Positions 49,361 through 58,571 of a stretch of 64,000 nt of DNA are shown piece by piece (the stretch's first letter is position 1; the number at the start of each line of letters is the position of its first letter). A program made the translations under genes and the position numbers. Under the pieces are notes generated by a model, which was given only the letters and a program-made list of their open reading frames with translations, was not told where the DNA came from and ran no database searches. This stretch comes from Chthoniobacteraceae bacterium (lineage in GTDB: Bacteria > Verrucomicrobiota > Verrucomicrobiia > Chthoniobacterales > Chthoniobacteraceae): positions 10,072 to 74,071 of the forward strand of contig JANNXQ010000300.1 in NCBI GenBank assembly GCA_031409655.1, written 5' to 3'.

Positions 49361-50434
49361 ATGGAAGTCTCCCATCTGAAAATTGACGACCCCAAGTGGC
49401 CGGAGGTGCTTGGCCGCCTGCCGCACGATATTTACCATCTCCCCGAGTACGTAAAAATCGACGGCGAATGCAATCACGCTGAACCGAAGGCCTTCGTCGC
49501 GAGGGAAGGCGAAAAGGAACTCTTCATTCCTTACCTTGTGCGCCGGTGCGACACCCTTTTTCCTGGGGCGGATGCGGCCAAAAACGTTCTCGATGTCGTG
49601 TCGCCGTATGGCTATCCCGGTTTGCTCCTGAGTGAAGCTGCGCGCACGTCACCGGACTTTGCGCGGAGCGCCATGGAGCAGTTCTGTGCCTCGTTGAGCG
49701 AGCAGGGAGTGTGTTCCGCCTTCCTCCGCATGCACCCGCTCTTCAGCGGGGGATTTCTGGAGCTTTTCCCGGAAAACTACTTCACTGCCTCCAGTGAGAC
49801 CGTAGCCATCGATCTCACCCAGGAAGAGGGGGTGATCTGGAAGGGCATCCGCGACGGGCATCGCTGGACGATCAAGAAGTGCAAGAAACTCGGCTTCGAG
49901 GCGCGCATGGTCCCACTGAGCGAGAACATCGATGCCTTTATGGCCGTCTATACTGAAACCATGGACCGGGTTGGGGCGAAGGATTCCTATTACTTTGGTC
50001 GCGATTACTTCGAGAAATTGGCGGCCATGCCGGACTCCGTACACTGCTGCATGGTCGCGCTGGAGGGTCACGCCGCCGCGGCTGTCCTCTTCTTCGAAGT
50101 GGGTGGAATCGTCCAGGCGCACCTCGGCGGCACGAAGTCGGAATACCTGAGTAAGTCTCCTTTTCACCTGGTGCTCCATCACGGGATGGAGTGGGCAAAG
50201 TCGCGCGGCAATCGTTACTTCCACCTCGGCGGCGGGGTCGGCGGATCAAACGATCGCCTCCTGCACTTCAAGCGCGGCTTCTCCGATCTGATCTTTCCCT
50301 TCCTCACTCTGCGCCTCGTGACCAATGAAGACAAATACCGCGAACTAGTGGTCCTCAGTGCTAACGCCGCCAGTGTGGCGGTCGAAGGTCTTCAGCAGAG
50401 CGAATACTTCCCAGCTTATCGCACTCCTCACTAA
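49361..50434 (+). CDS. GNAT/FemAB-like acyltransferase (polysaccharide-associated type)
   Basis: HDIYHLPEY, DVVSPYGYPG, FLRMHPL, YTETMDRVGA..YYF, HLGGG, FKRGF, YFPAYR. Confidence 0.85.
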   Translation: MEVSHLKIDDPKWPEVLGRLPHDIYHLPEYVKIDGECNHAEPKAFVAREGEKELFIPYLVRRCDTLFPGADAAKNVLDVVSPYGYPGLLLSEAARTSPDFARSAMEQFCASLSEQGVCSAFLRMHPLFSGGFLELFPENYFTASSETVAIDLTQEEGVIWKGIRDGHRWTIKKCKKLGFEARMVPLSENIDAFMAVYTETMDRVGAKDSYYFGRDYFEKLAAMPDSVHCCMVALEGHAAAAVLFFEVGGIVQAHLGGTKSEYLSKSPFHLVLHHGMEWAKSRGNRYFHLGGGVGGSNDRLLHFKRGFSDLIFPFLTLRLVTNEDKYRELVVLSANAASVAVEGLQQSEYFPAYRTPH

Positions 50435-50455
50435 CGGCCAGCCGTGGCTGTGACT

Positions 50456-50665
50456 TCACGGAATCTCCCCTGCCGGCAGGCGAGGGGCGGGACCGAGTCG
50501 GACGGGCTGGGGTGTTGGCACCTCGCTCGGCTGCGCGGTGATCACCGGCGCAGTTGGGATCGGTGCCGGTGGCGCCGTTTTGGGGTTGGGAGCCACTGGC
50601 CGCGAGCACGCGCTGACGAAGAGCATCGCCACGACGCCCGGTATCCGCATGGCCGAGCGGTTCAT
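50456..50665 (-). CDS. Small Pro-rich putative lipoprotein
   Basis: Lipobox VSAC after a hydrophobic stretch; Pro-rich tail. Confidence 0.45.
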   Translation of the reverse strand: MNRSAMRIPGVVAMLFVSACSRPVAPNPKTAPPAPIPTAPVITAQPSEVPTPQPVRLGPAPRLPAGEIP

Positions 50666-50916
50666 GGTGCGATGGAGACGCTATGGCGGAAAAAGGCGCG
50701 TCGTTCGTTCAGGACACTGACCGTGAAAGTGTGGGTGCTGCCCGAGCCAGTGTCCGGGGTCCAGGCGAGGAGCGAATTTCCGCCGAGCAGAAGCGAAAGG
50801 GTGCATCCGAGCACGGCACGAAGGGGGGAATTAAAAAAGCATTTCAGACGAGATATGAAGCTTGCGCGGTGCGCAAGGCAGTTGCCCACTCCCGCCCCGC
50901 GTGGCACAAACGCCCC

Positions 50917-51978
50917 ATGCAACCGCGCCCCCTCCGCACCACGGTCATCGGCAGTTACCCTTTTCCCGCGTGGTTGGAATTCGCCTGCCAGCACCTCGAT
51001 CGCTTCGGCAAGGACGACCTCACCGAACTCCAGGACGACGCCGTCATCGCCGCACTCCACGATCAGTGTGCTGCCGGCCTCGACGTGCTGACCGATGGCG
51101 AGCAAACGCGCCTCGATTTCAACCTTTCCTTCTACGGCTTCCTCGAAGGTCTCGAACTCGAAAGCGCGTTGCCGCGCCGCTGGGGCCCGCCCGCGCATGA
51201 TCAGCGGGGAAAACATCGCGTCATTGGCGAACTGCGCGCCCCACGCGGCCTCGGCGTCGTGGAAGAATTCCAGCGCCTGCAGAGACTGACCGCCACTCGA
51301 TTTTCAATCCCCGATTTTCAATCCTCAATTTCTCTGAAAGCCAGCGTCCCCGGCCCCTACACCTTGAGCGGCCGACTGCTCCCAAATGCGCAATACCCCG
51401 ACCGCTACGCCCTCACCGAAGCGCTGCTGCCGCTCGTCCAGCGCGAACTCGTCGCCCTCGTCGAAGCTGGTTGCCGCGAGATCACCGTGGATGAGCCATC
51501 CATGAGCTGCTACGCGCACCGCGAAGATCCCGCGCGTTTCGTCGAAATCTTCAATCGCACCGTGGCACCGGTCGTCGGTCGCTGCCGCCTTTCCACCCAC
51601 CTCTGCTTCGGTAACTACAAAGGCCGCGCCGTCGGCCTGCGCCGTTATGCGCCGATGTTCCCCGCCTTCTTGGATTTTACCATCGACGAAGTGCATCTCG
51701 AGATGGCCAGTCGTGAGTTCGCGGAGATCGAGATTTTGCAAAAGATTACGCCGCGCATGGATGTCGCCGTCGGTATCATTGACGTGAAGAGTTACTACAT
51801 CGAAACACCCGAGGACATCGCTGCGCGCGTCAGCCTTTGTCTCCAGCACGCTCCGGCCGAGCGCCTCGGCTTCGCGCCCGATTGCGGCCTCAGCCAGACC
51901 GCCCGCTGGGCCGCGAAACGCAAGCTGGCCGCGCTGGTGGCCGGGGTAGAAATCGTCCGCTGCGAACTCGGCCTGTGA
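50917..51978 (+). CDS. Cobalamin-independent methionine synthase, catalytic-domain-only (core) family
   Basis: TTVIGSYP, GLDVLTDGEQ, PGPYTL, VDEP, HLCFGN (HxC Zn ligands), GIIDV, APDCG; no N-terminal folate-binding half. Confidence 0.88.
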   Translation: MQPRPLRTTVIGSYPFPAWLEFACQHLDRFGKDDLTELQDDAVIAALHDQCAAGLDVLTDGEQTRLDFNLSFYGFLEGLELESALPRRWGPPAHDQRGKHRVIGELRAPRGLGVVEEFQRLQRLTATRFSIPDFQSSISLKASVPGPYTLSGRLLPNAQYPDRYALTEALLPLVQRELVALVEAGCREITVDEPSMSCYAHREDPARFVEIFNRTVAPVVGRCRLSTHLCFGNYKGRAVGLRRYAPMFPAFLDFTIDEVHLEMASREFAEIEILQKITPRMDVAVGIIDVKSYYIETPEDIAARVSLCLQHAPAERLGFAPDCGLSQTARWAAKRKLAALVAGVEIVRCELGL

Positions 51979-52823
51979 TCCAGCCCCTCCAGCGGGACGA
52001 TGGCTTCCTCGCAGACCTGGCCCGTCCGCTTGCCGGGGACGAGCTGCGCCTTTGGTGGCTCGGTCAGAGCGGCTTCGTCGTGCGCTGCGGCGGCTCAACC
52101 CTCGTACTCGATCCTTACCTCTCCGATTCGCTCACCGAAAAATATGCGACGACGGACAAGCCCCACGTCCGGCTCACTGAGCGCGTCGTGGCTCCTGATC
52201 AGCTCGTCGGTGTGGATGTCGTCACGTCGTCGCACAACCACACCGACCATCTCGACGCCGCCACGCTCATCCCGCTGCGCACCACAAACCCCGGCCTGCG
52301 CCTGGTCATTCCGGAAGCCAGCCGGGACTTCGTTGCCCAGCGGTTAGGTGCAGATCCGCGGGACGCCGCGGGTCTCGACGCGGGCGCTTCATTGAAAGTG
52401 GCGCGCTGGGACCTGCATGCCGTGGCCGCCGCTCACGATGATCTTGATCGCGACGAACGTGGACACTTTCGCTATCTCGGCTACGTCATCCGGCGCGCTG
52501 GTTGGACGCTCTACCACAGCGGCGATACCCTGCTGTATCCCGGCCTCGCGGAGACCTTACGCGCCTTTGCTCCCATCGACGTTGCGCTGCTGCCCATCAA
52601 CGGCAAAAAACCCGAGCGCTGCGTCGCCGGAAATCTCGACGGTCGTGAAGCCGCGCAACTCGCCCACGAAATCGGCACGCGCTGGGTTATCCCCTGTCAC
52701 TACGATATGTTTGCTTTCAATACTGCCGACCCCCACGACCTCTTCGTGCCCGAGTGCGAGCGCAGCGGACAACCTTATCAAATCCTCGAATCCGGCGAAG
52801 GCTGGACTCTCCCAAACCGATGA
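51975..52823 (+). CDS. MBL-fold metallo-hydrolase (UlaG-like)
   Basis: WWLGQSGF, DPYLS, SHNHTDH, YHSGDT, LPING, IPCHYDMF; GTGA overlap with the upstream gene. Confidence 0.9.
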   Translation: MIQPLQRDDGFLADLARPLAGDELRLWWLGQSGFVVRCGGSTLVLDPYLSDSLTEKYATTDKPHVRLTERVVAPDQLVGVDVVTSSHNHTDHLDAATLIPLRTTNPGLRLVIPEASRDFVAQRLGADPRDAAGLDAGASLKVARWDLHAVAAAHDDLDRDERGHFRYLGYVIRRAGWTLYHSGDTLLYPGLAETLRAFAPIDVALLPINGKKPERCVAGNLDGREAAQLAHEIGTRWVIPCHYDMFAFNTADPHDLFVPECERSGQPYQILESGEGWTLPNR

Positions 52824-54298
52824 AAAAACAAACCCTCCTCTTCTTCATCGCCCTTCTCGGGCCCCTGGCGCTCCTCCGTGCTGCCGACCCGAAACCCAAC
52901 ATCATCTTCATCCTCGCCGACGATCTCGGTTACGGGGATCTCGGCAGCTACGGGCAAAGGAAAATCCGTACCCCGAACCTCGACCGCATGGCCGCCGAAG
53001 GACTGCGTTTCACCCAGCATTACTCCGGCAACGCCGTCTGCGCCCCGTCGCGTTGCGTGCTGATGACTGGTCGTCATCCCGGCCACGCTTTCGTGCGCGA
53101 CAATCGAAGTTACAAACCGGAAGGCCAGGAACCGCTCCCGGCAGGCACCGTTACCCTGCCGGCGTTGCTCAAAGCGGAGGGTTACGCCACGGGCGGCTTT
53201 GGAAAGTGGGGCCTTGGTGGGCCTGGCACGCCGGGCGATCCGCTGCAGCAAGGCTTCGACCGGTGGTTTGGTTACAACTGCCAGGGCGTCGCGCACAACT
53301 TTTACCCGACTTACCTTTGGGACAATGACCAGAAAGTCACTCTGAAGAACACTGCGTTCCCGGCGAATGATAAATTGAAGCCCGAAGAGAATCCGAGCGA
53401 TCCGCAAAGTTACCGGCGCTTTCAGGGCACCGAGTATTCCGCGGATTTGATCAATGAACAGGCGCTCAAATTCATTCGGGAAAACAAAGACAAATCATTC
53501 TTCTGCTATGTGCCGACTACTGTGCCACACGTGGCGCTTCAGGTGCCGGATGACTCTCTCAAGGAGTACGTCGGCCTCTGGAATGATCCGCCCTATCCCG
53601 GAGGCAAGGGTTACATCCCGCACTTTTCGCCGCTCGCGGCTTACGCGGCAATGATTACCCGGATGGATCGGGAAATAGGACGCATGATGGATCTCGTGAA
53701 AGAGCTTGGACTCGATGAGAAGACGATCTTCGCTTTCAGTTCCGACAACGGGGCGCTCAACGGCGAACATCAAGGCCTCGCCGGGACCGACGCCATTTTC
53801 TTCAACTCCACCGGCGGACTTCGGAACGGCAAGGGGACTCTTTACGAAGGTGGCTTCCGCGTGCCTGGCATCGTCCGCTGGAAGGGCACGGTCAAGGCGG
53901 GGACGGTCTCCGATCGAGTTACCGGTTTTGAAGACTGGCTACCGACCCTGCTCGATCTTGCCCAGCTCAAAGACCAGACACCCACGGCCATCGACGGCAT
54001 CAGCTTTGCGCCGACCTTGCGCGGCGAACCTCAGCCGGAGCGGCCCTTCCTCTATCGGGAGTTTCCGTCCTACAGCGGGCAGCAGTGTGTTCGGGTTGGG
54101 AACTGGAAAGCCATCCGGCGCGGCCTTCACGGGAAGAAGGGCCCGGCGACATTCGAACTCTTCGACCTCTTGGCCGACCCGCGTGAGGAGCACGATGTCG
54201 CCGCTGCCAACCCGGCGATTGTGGCGAAACTAACTCAACTCATGAAAGGGCAGCGTTCGCCTTCCAGGGAGTTTCCCTTCCCTGCCTTGGATCAATGA
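52820..54298 (+). CDS. Arylsulfatase (formylglycine-dependent)
   Basis: PNIIFILADDLGYGD, CAPSR, GKWG, SSDNG, YEGG; signal peptide; ATGA overlap. Confidence 0.95.
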   Translation: MKKQTLLFFIALLGPLALLRAADPKPNIIFILADDLGYGDLGSYGQRKIRTPNLDRMAAEGLRFTQHYSGNAVCAPSRCVLMTGRHPGHAFVRDNRSYKPEGQEPLPAGTVTLPALLKAEGYATGGFGKWGLGGPGTPGDPLQQGFDRWFGYNCQGVAHNFYPTYLWDNDQKVTLKNTAFPANDKLKPEENPSDPQSYRRFQGTEYSADLINEQALKFIRENKDKSFFCYVPTTVPHVALQVPDDSLKEYVGLWNDPPYPGGKGYIPHFSPLAAYAAMITRMDREIGRMMDLVKELGLDEKTIFAFSSDNGALNGEHQGLAGTDAIFFNSTGGLRNGKGTLYEGGFRVPGIVRWKGTVKAGTVSDRVTGFEDWLPTLLDLAQLKDQTPTAIDGISFAPTLRGEPQPERPFLYREFPSYSGQQCVRVGNWKAIRRGLHGKKGPATFELFDLLADPREEHDVAAANPAIVAKLTQLMKGQRSPSREFPFPALDQ

Positions 54299-55419
54299 CC
54301 CGGGCGCAGCTCGTGACTCTGGCGACGGCCTGCCTGGCAACCACCGCTTGGGCGCAGACTTCCCCGGTTGCTGCGGGCGGTCATTGGCCGACGATTGCGC
54401 CGCTCTTTCACCCGCCGGCCGAGTTTGCCGGGCAGTTCGGGAGATATCCGTCACCGCTTAACTTCAACGACGGCACGCCAGTAAGATCCGCAGCGGACTG
54501 GCCTCGCCGCAGGCAGGAAATCCTCGAGCGCTGGCATGGCCTCTTGGGTGCATGGCCGCCGCTCATCGAGCGTCCGAAGCTGGAGCGCCTGGAGACGACG
54601 CGGCGCGAAAATTTCACTCAGCACCGCATCCGGGTGGAAGTAGCAGCCACGCAGGCCCTCGATGGTTATCTCCTGGTGCCAGACGGCCCCGGGCCATTCC
54701 CGGCAGTGGTCGTGCCTTTCTACGACGCGGAGACGAGCATCGGGTTGAAGGGTGAGCTCCGCGACTTCGCCCGGCAACTTACCCGGCGCGGCTTCGTTAG
54801 TTTGTCCATCGGCTCACCCGGCGGCGACGCGCGTCAGCCCGACCTGGCTGGTGCGAAGTGCCAGCCGCTGTCCTATCTCGGTTACATTGCGGCGAACTGT
54901 TACAACGCACTCGCCACGTCACCCGAGGTCGATGGGCAGCGCGTGGGAATCGTCGGTCATTCTTACGGGGGGAAGTGGGCGATGTTTGGCTCCTGTCTTT
55001 ACGAGAAGTTTGCCTGCGCCGTGTGGTCCGACCCTGGCATCGTTTTCGACGAAGCGCGCCAGAGCGTGAACTACTGGGAGCCCTGGTATCTCGGCTGGGA
55101 ACCCGGCCGCACGCGCAAGCCGGGACTTATCACCACCCAGAGTCCGCGGACCGGGCCTTACGCCACCCTGATCGAAGAAGGCCGTGACTTGCCCGAGCTG
55201 CACGCGCTCATGGCGCCACGCCCGTTCCTCGTCTCGGGCGGCTCAGAAGATTTCCCCGCGCGCTGGGTGGCGCTGAATCATGCCGTCGCCGTGAACACCC
55301 TCCTCGGGGTCAAGGATCGAGTCGCCATGAGTAATCGCCCCGCGCACTCACCGACCGCGGAATCCAATGAGCAGATCTACGCCTTCTTCGAGCATTTCCT
55401 CCAAGCTGGGAAGCCATGA
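54295..55419 (+). CDS. Secreted alpha/beta hydrolase (dienelactone hydrolase/glucuronyl esterase-like)
   Basis: DWPRRRQEI, PGPFPAVV, GHSYGGK, ALMAPRPFL, H near the C-terminus; ATGA overlap. Confidence 0.8.
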   Translation: MTRAQLVTLATACLATTAWAQTSPVAAGGHWPTIAPLFHPPAEFAGQFGRYPSPLNFNDGTPVRSAADWPRRRQEILERWHGLLGAWPPLIERPKLERLETTRRENFTQHRIRVEVAATQALDGYLLVPDGPGPFPAVVVPFYDAETSIGLKGELRDFARQLTRRGFVSLSIGSPGGDARQPDLAGAKCQPLSYLGYIAANCYNALATSPEVDGQRVGIVGHSYGGKWAMFGSCLYEKFACAVWSDPGIVFDEARQSVNYWEPWYLGWEPGRTRKPGLITTQSPRTGPYATLIEEGRDLPELHALMAPRPFLVSGGSEDFPARWVALNHAVAVNTLLGVKDRVAMSNRPAHSPTAESNEQIYAFFEHFLQAGKP

Positions 55420-55478
55420 GGACAGCGGAACGAGACTCTGGCTCGACCCAGCCACCACCGGTGTTCCATCTTCGGCCG

Positions 55479-56030
55479 ATGCACGCCTTCAAAGAATGGA
55501 CCCTCATCTGCGACGCCCTCGGGCGTGGAGAGCAGAGCCTCATCCTGCGCAAAGGTGGGATCGCGGAAGGCCGCGCTGGGTTCCGTTTCCAACACGAGGA
55601 ATTTCTCCTCTTTCCCACCCTCTTCCACGAGCAAGCCGCGAAACTCAAAGTCCCCGCTGACACCCCGCTGCCCGCCCCGCGCGCCGACGGCCAAATCGAA
55701 GTCCGCCTCCACTGCCGCGTCGAGTGGACGCAGGATCTGACTGATTGGCCGACCGTCCAGCGCCTCGCTCCACTGCATTTATGGCAGGAGTTCGAGATCG
55801 AGAAACGCTTCCGCCAGGATGAAAAGCCGGGGGTGAGTCTCGCCTTCGTCCGCGTCTCTCGACTGTCGCAGCCGTTCGTCTTCCCGGATTCCCCCCGCTA
55901 CGGCGGCTGCCGTTCATGGATTGAACTTCCCACTTTCCCGCCGGGCTGCGCGCTCGCACCGGTGCTCGATGAGGAAGCGCATCGTGGGGCGGAGCAGCGC
56001 ATCCAGTCCGCACTCCAGCCGCCGGAGTAA
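55479..56030 (+). CDS. DUF1802 family protein
   Basis: AFKEW...ALGRGEQSLILRKGGIAE, FLLFPT..H, YGGCRSW. Confidence 0.88.
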   Translation: MHAFKEWTLICDALGRGEQSLILRKGGIAEGRAGFRFQHEEFLLFPTLFHEQAAKLKVPADTPLPAPRADGQIEVRLHCRVEWTQDLTDWPTVQRLAPLHLWQEFEIEKRFRQDEKPGVSLAFVRVSRLSQPFVFPDSPRYGGCRSWIELPTFPPGCALAPVLDEEAHRGAEQRIQSALQPPE

Positions 56031-56112
56031 CCGCGCCGCGCACGAGCGTCTCGGCTCTTGCCGCCGCCTGCTCCACTGCGCACAGTCCGCGCCGATACCC
56101 ACCCCGGCCACC

Positions 56113-57525
56113 ATGGAGTCCTTCACGGAGGAACTCTCCCGGCTCGTGACGAAGTTCGAGCGCCAGTTTTCCGCCATCACCGAGCAGGACTATTCCGAAG
56201 CGCGGCTGCGGCAGGATTACCTCGATCCTTTCTTCCGCGCGCTTGGCTGGGATCTTGAGAACCGCGCCGATCTCGTCCAGGCAAAGCGCGAAGTCGAGAT
56301 CGAGAGCCGCACCGACATCGCCGGTCGCGCCAAGCGCGCCGATTACCTCTTTCGCACCGACGGTCGGGATCGCTTCGTCTGCGAGGCGAAGAAACCACGC
56401 GAAGACCTCGGCCCGCGCCACGCTTTCCAAGCCAAGCGTTACGCTTGGAACAAAAATCTCGCCGTCGCCCTGCTCACCGATTTCGAGGAACTGAAAATCT
56501 TCATCGTCGGGGGCAAGCCACATCCGGACGCGCCCGAGGTCGGGCTCTGGAAGAGCTGGCACTTCCGCCAGTATCCGCTCATTGCCAAGGAGCGTTGGGA
56601 CTTGCTCGCCCGCGAGTGCGTCGCGGCCGGGAGCATCGACGCGGAGTTGGAAAAGCTGCCCAAGCGCGCCACCGCGGCGCGTGGCCGGACACGGCAGCTC
56701 CTGCTCATCAAGCCCGACCGCACCCGCGCGCTCGACAGCGACTTCCTGGAATTCCTCGACGAAGCCCGCCGCGAACTTGCCGGCGACCTCCTCCGCCACA
56801 ACGACCGCGCCGAACTCTTCGAAGGCACCCGGCTCAATGAAGCCGTGCAGTCCATCCTCGACCGCATCCTCTTTCTCCGCATCTGCGAAGACCGCGACAT
56901 CGACACCGGCACGCGCCTCCACTCCATCGTCGAGACGTGGCAGCGCGCGTGGGATCGCGCCGAGGGGAGGAAGCACCGGCAGGAAAGTCTGCGCCTGCGC
57001 GAAGAGCCACCCGATATGGACGGCGCGGGCGGAGGCGGAGGCGGTGGAGGGCTGCCGCGCGAGAGTCTGTGGAGCGCCGTGGTCCAGCATCTCCGCGCGC
57101 TCGACCGCCGCCCACCGAGCCACGTACCCTTCTTCAATGGCAATCTCTTCAAGCCACACTTCAGCGAAGAGCTGCTCCTCGGCGACGCCTGGCTCGCGGA
57201 ATTCATCGCCACGCTGAGCGACGACGAATCGCCCTATCTCTTCAACGTCATCGGTGAAGCCTGCCGCTGGCTGAACGCCGAACTGCCGTCGGAGTGGGCC
57301 GGCTGGCTGGACGCCCGCGCCGAAGGCTGCTTCGCCCGCCACCGCCAATTCCACCGCCTCCTCTCCGCCTGCGGCGCAGAGGGCCGCGCGGGTCGCGACA
57401 ACCTTTACAAATTCATGCGCCACTCGCTGGCAAGCCGCCTCGCGCGGCAGCGTCCGGCGGACTTCCGGCGCCTTCCCGCTTCCTATGCCCTCGGGCGTCC
57501 CCTCCCGTCGCGACGAACCGATTGA
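56113..57525 (+). pseudogene. Truncated type IIG-like restriction-modification enzyme (N-terminal nuclease region) fused to an unrelated C-terminal segment
   Basis: YSEARLRQDYLDPFFRALGWD, RADYLF...CEAKKP (PD-(D/E)xK-like), QAKRYAW, LTDFEE, LDRILFLRICEDR, FNGNLF. The sequence diverges after PYLFNVI; no methyltransferase motifs (DPACGSG, NPPY) follow. Confidence 0.78.
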
Positions 57526-57541
57526 TCTCGCGCCGCGGGCG

Positions 57542-58456
57542 CTACTTCACGCCCGTCGCGAGCACCACTTGGAATTGCGGATTCTGCGGGTCGCGGGCGA
57601 CGACGGTGATCTCGATGTGCCGGAAGCCCGCGTCTTCCATCCACTCGTGGAGCTGCGCCTCGGTGAAGCCGAGCCAGGTGTCGGCGTAGAGTTCGCGGGC
57701 TTTTTCAAACTGATGCGCGAGGAGGTCGAGGATGGCGACGCGGCCGCCCTTTTTCAAAATACGATGGGCCGCAGCCACCGCGCGGGCCGGGCTCGCGGCG
57801 TGGTGCAGGGCCTGGCTGAGCAGGGCAAGATCGACGGTCTCCGCAGGGATCGGCGGATCCTCGATGTCGCCGCGGCGGAATTCGAGATTCGTGAAGCCAT
57901 GCTTCACCGCGAGGTCCGCGCCGAATTCGACCATCTTCTCCGAGTTATCGACGGCGATGACTTTCTTCGCGCGCTTGGCGAGGAGCTGGGAGAGCGTGCC
58001 TTCGCCCGCGCCGAGATCCGCGATGACCAGCGGCGGCGTGAGCGCGAAAAGCAGATGGGCCACGCCTTCCCAAGTGCGCCCTGGGCAATAGGCGCGGCCA
58101 AATTTTCCGGCGAGCTGATTGAAGTATTCGCGCGCGGTGTCCTGGCGCTTCTTGAGCACGAGGGCGAGCGCCCGCTGATCGCGCGCGGCTTCGGGCAGGT
58201 CCTTGGCGCAGGCCACGAGGATGGGGTCGATATCGGTGCTCTCGACGAGCGCGTAGTAGATGTTTTTCCCGGCCCGCCGATCGCGCACCAGCCGCGCCTG
58301 CCGGAGTTGGCCGAGATGGGTGGAAATGCGCGACTGCCCCATGCCGAGGATCTCCTGCATCTCGGCCACGGAGAGTTCCTCCGTGCGCATGAGCAGGAGC
58401 AGCCGCAGCCGGGTTTCATCGGCGAGGAGGCGGAGGGCTTTGACGACGGAGGGCAT
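57542..58456 (-). CDS. ArsR-family HTH plus SAM-binding methyltransferase-fold regulator (SahR-like)
   Basis: LADETRLRLL, ELSVAE, QSRISTHL; C-terminal ADLGAGEG, AVDNS, LSQALHHA; lies near metK and ahcY. Confidence 0.88.
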   Translation of the reverse strand: MPSVVKALRLLADETRLRLLLLMRTEELSVAEMQEILGMGQSRISTHLGQLRQARLVRDRRAGKNIYYALVESTDIDPILVACAKDLPEAARDQRALALVLKKRQDTAREYFNQLAGKFGRAYCPGRTWEGVAHLLFALTPPLVIADLGAGEGTLSQLLAKRAKKVIAVDNSEKMVEFGADLAVKHGFTNLEFRRGDIEDPPIPAETVDLALLSQALHHAASPARAVAAAHRILKKGGRVAILDLLAHQFEKARELYADTWLGFTEAQLHEWMEDAGFRHIEITVVARDPQNPQFQVVLATGVK

Positions 58457-58571
58457 GGCGGGCAGTAGATACGCGGGTGACGCCGCAGCAGCAACGCCCG
58501 AGCGCCAGTTTCCCGGCTTGCCGGGCGATCTGGCCGAAGCTTTGATGGCTGCCTGTTCCTGGAGGTGTACT

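Noticed and set aside
56113..57525. Complete, functional restriction-modification system
   Set aside because: No methyltransferase motifs or specificity domain in this ORF or its neighbours.
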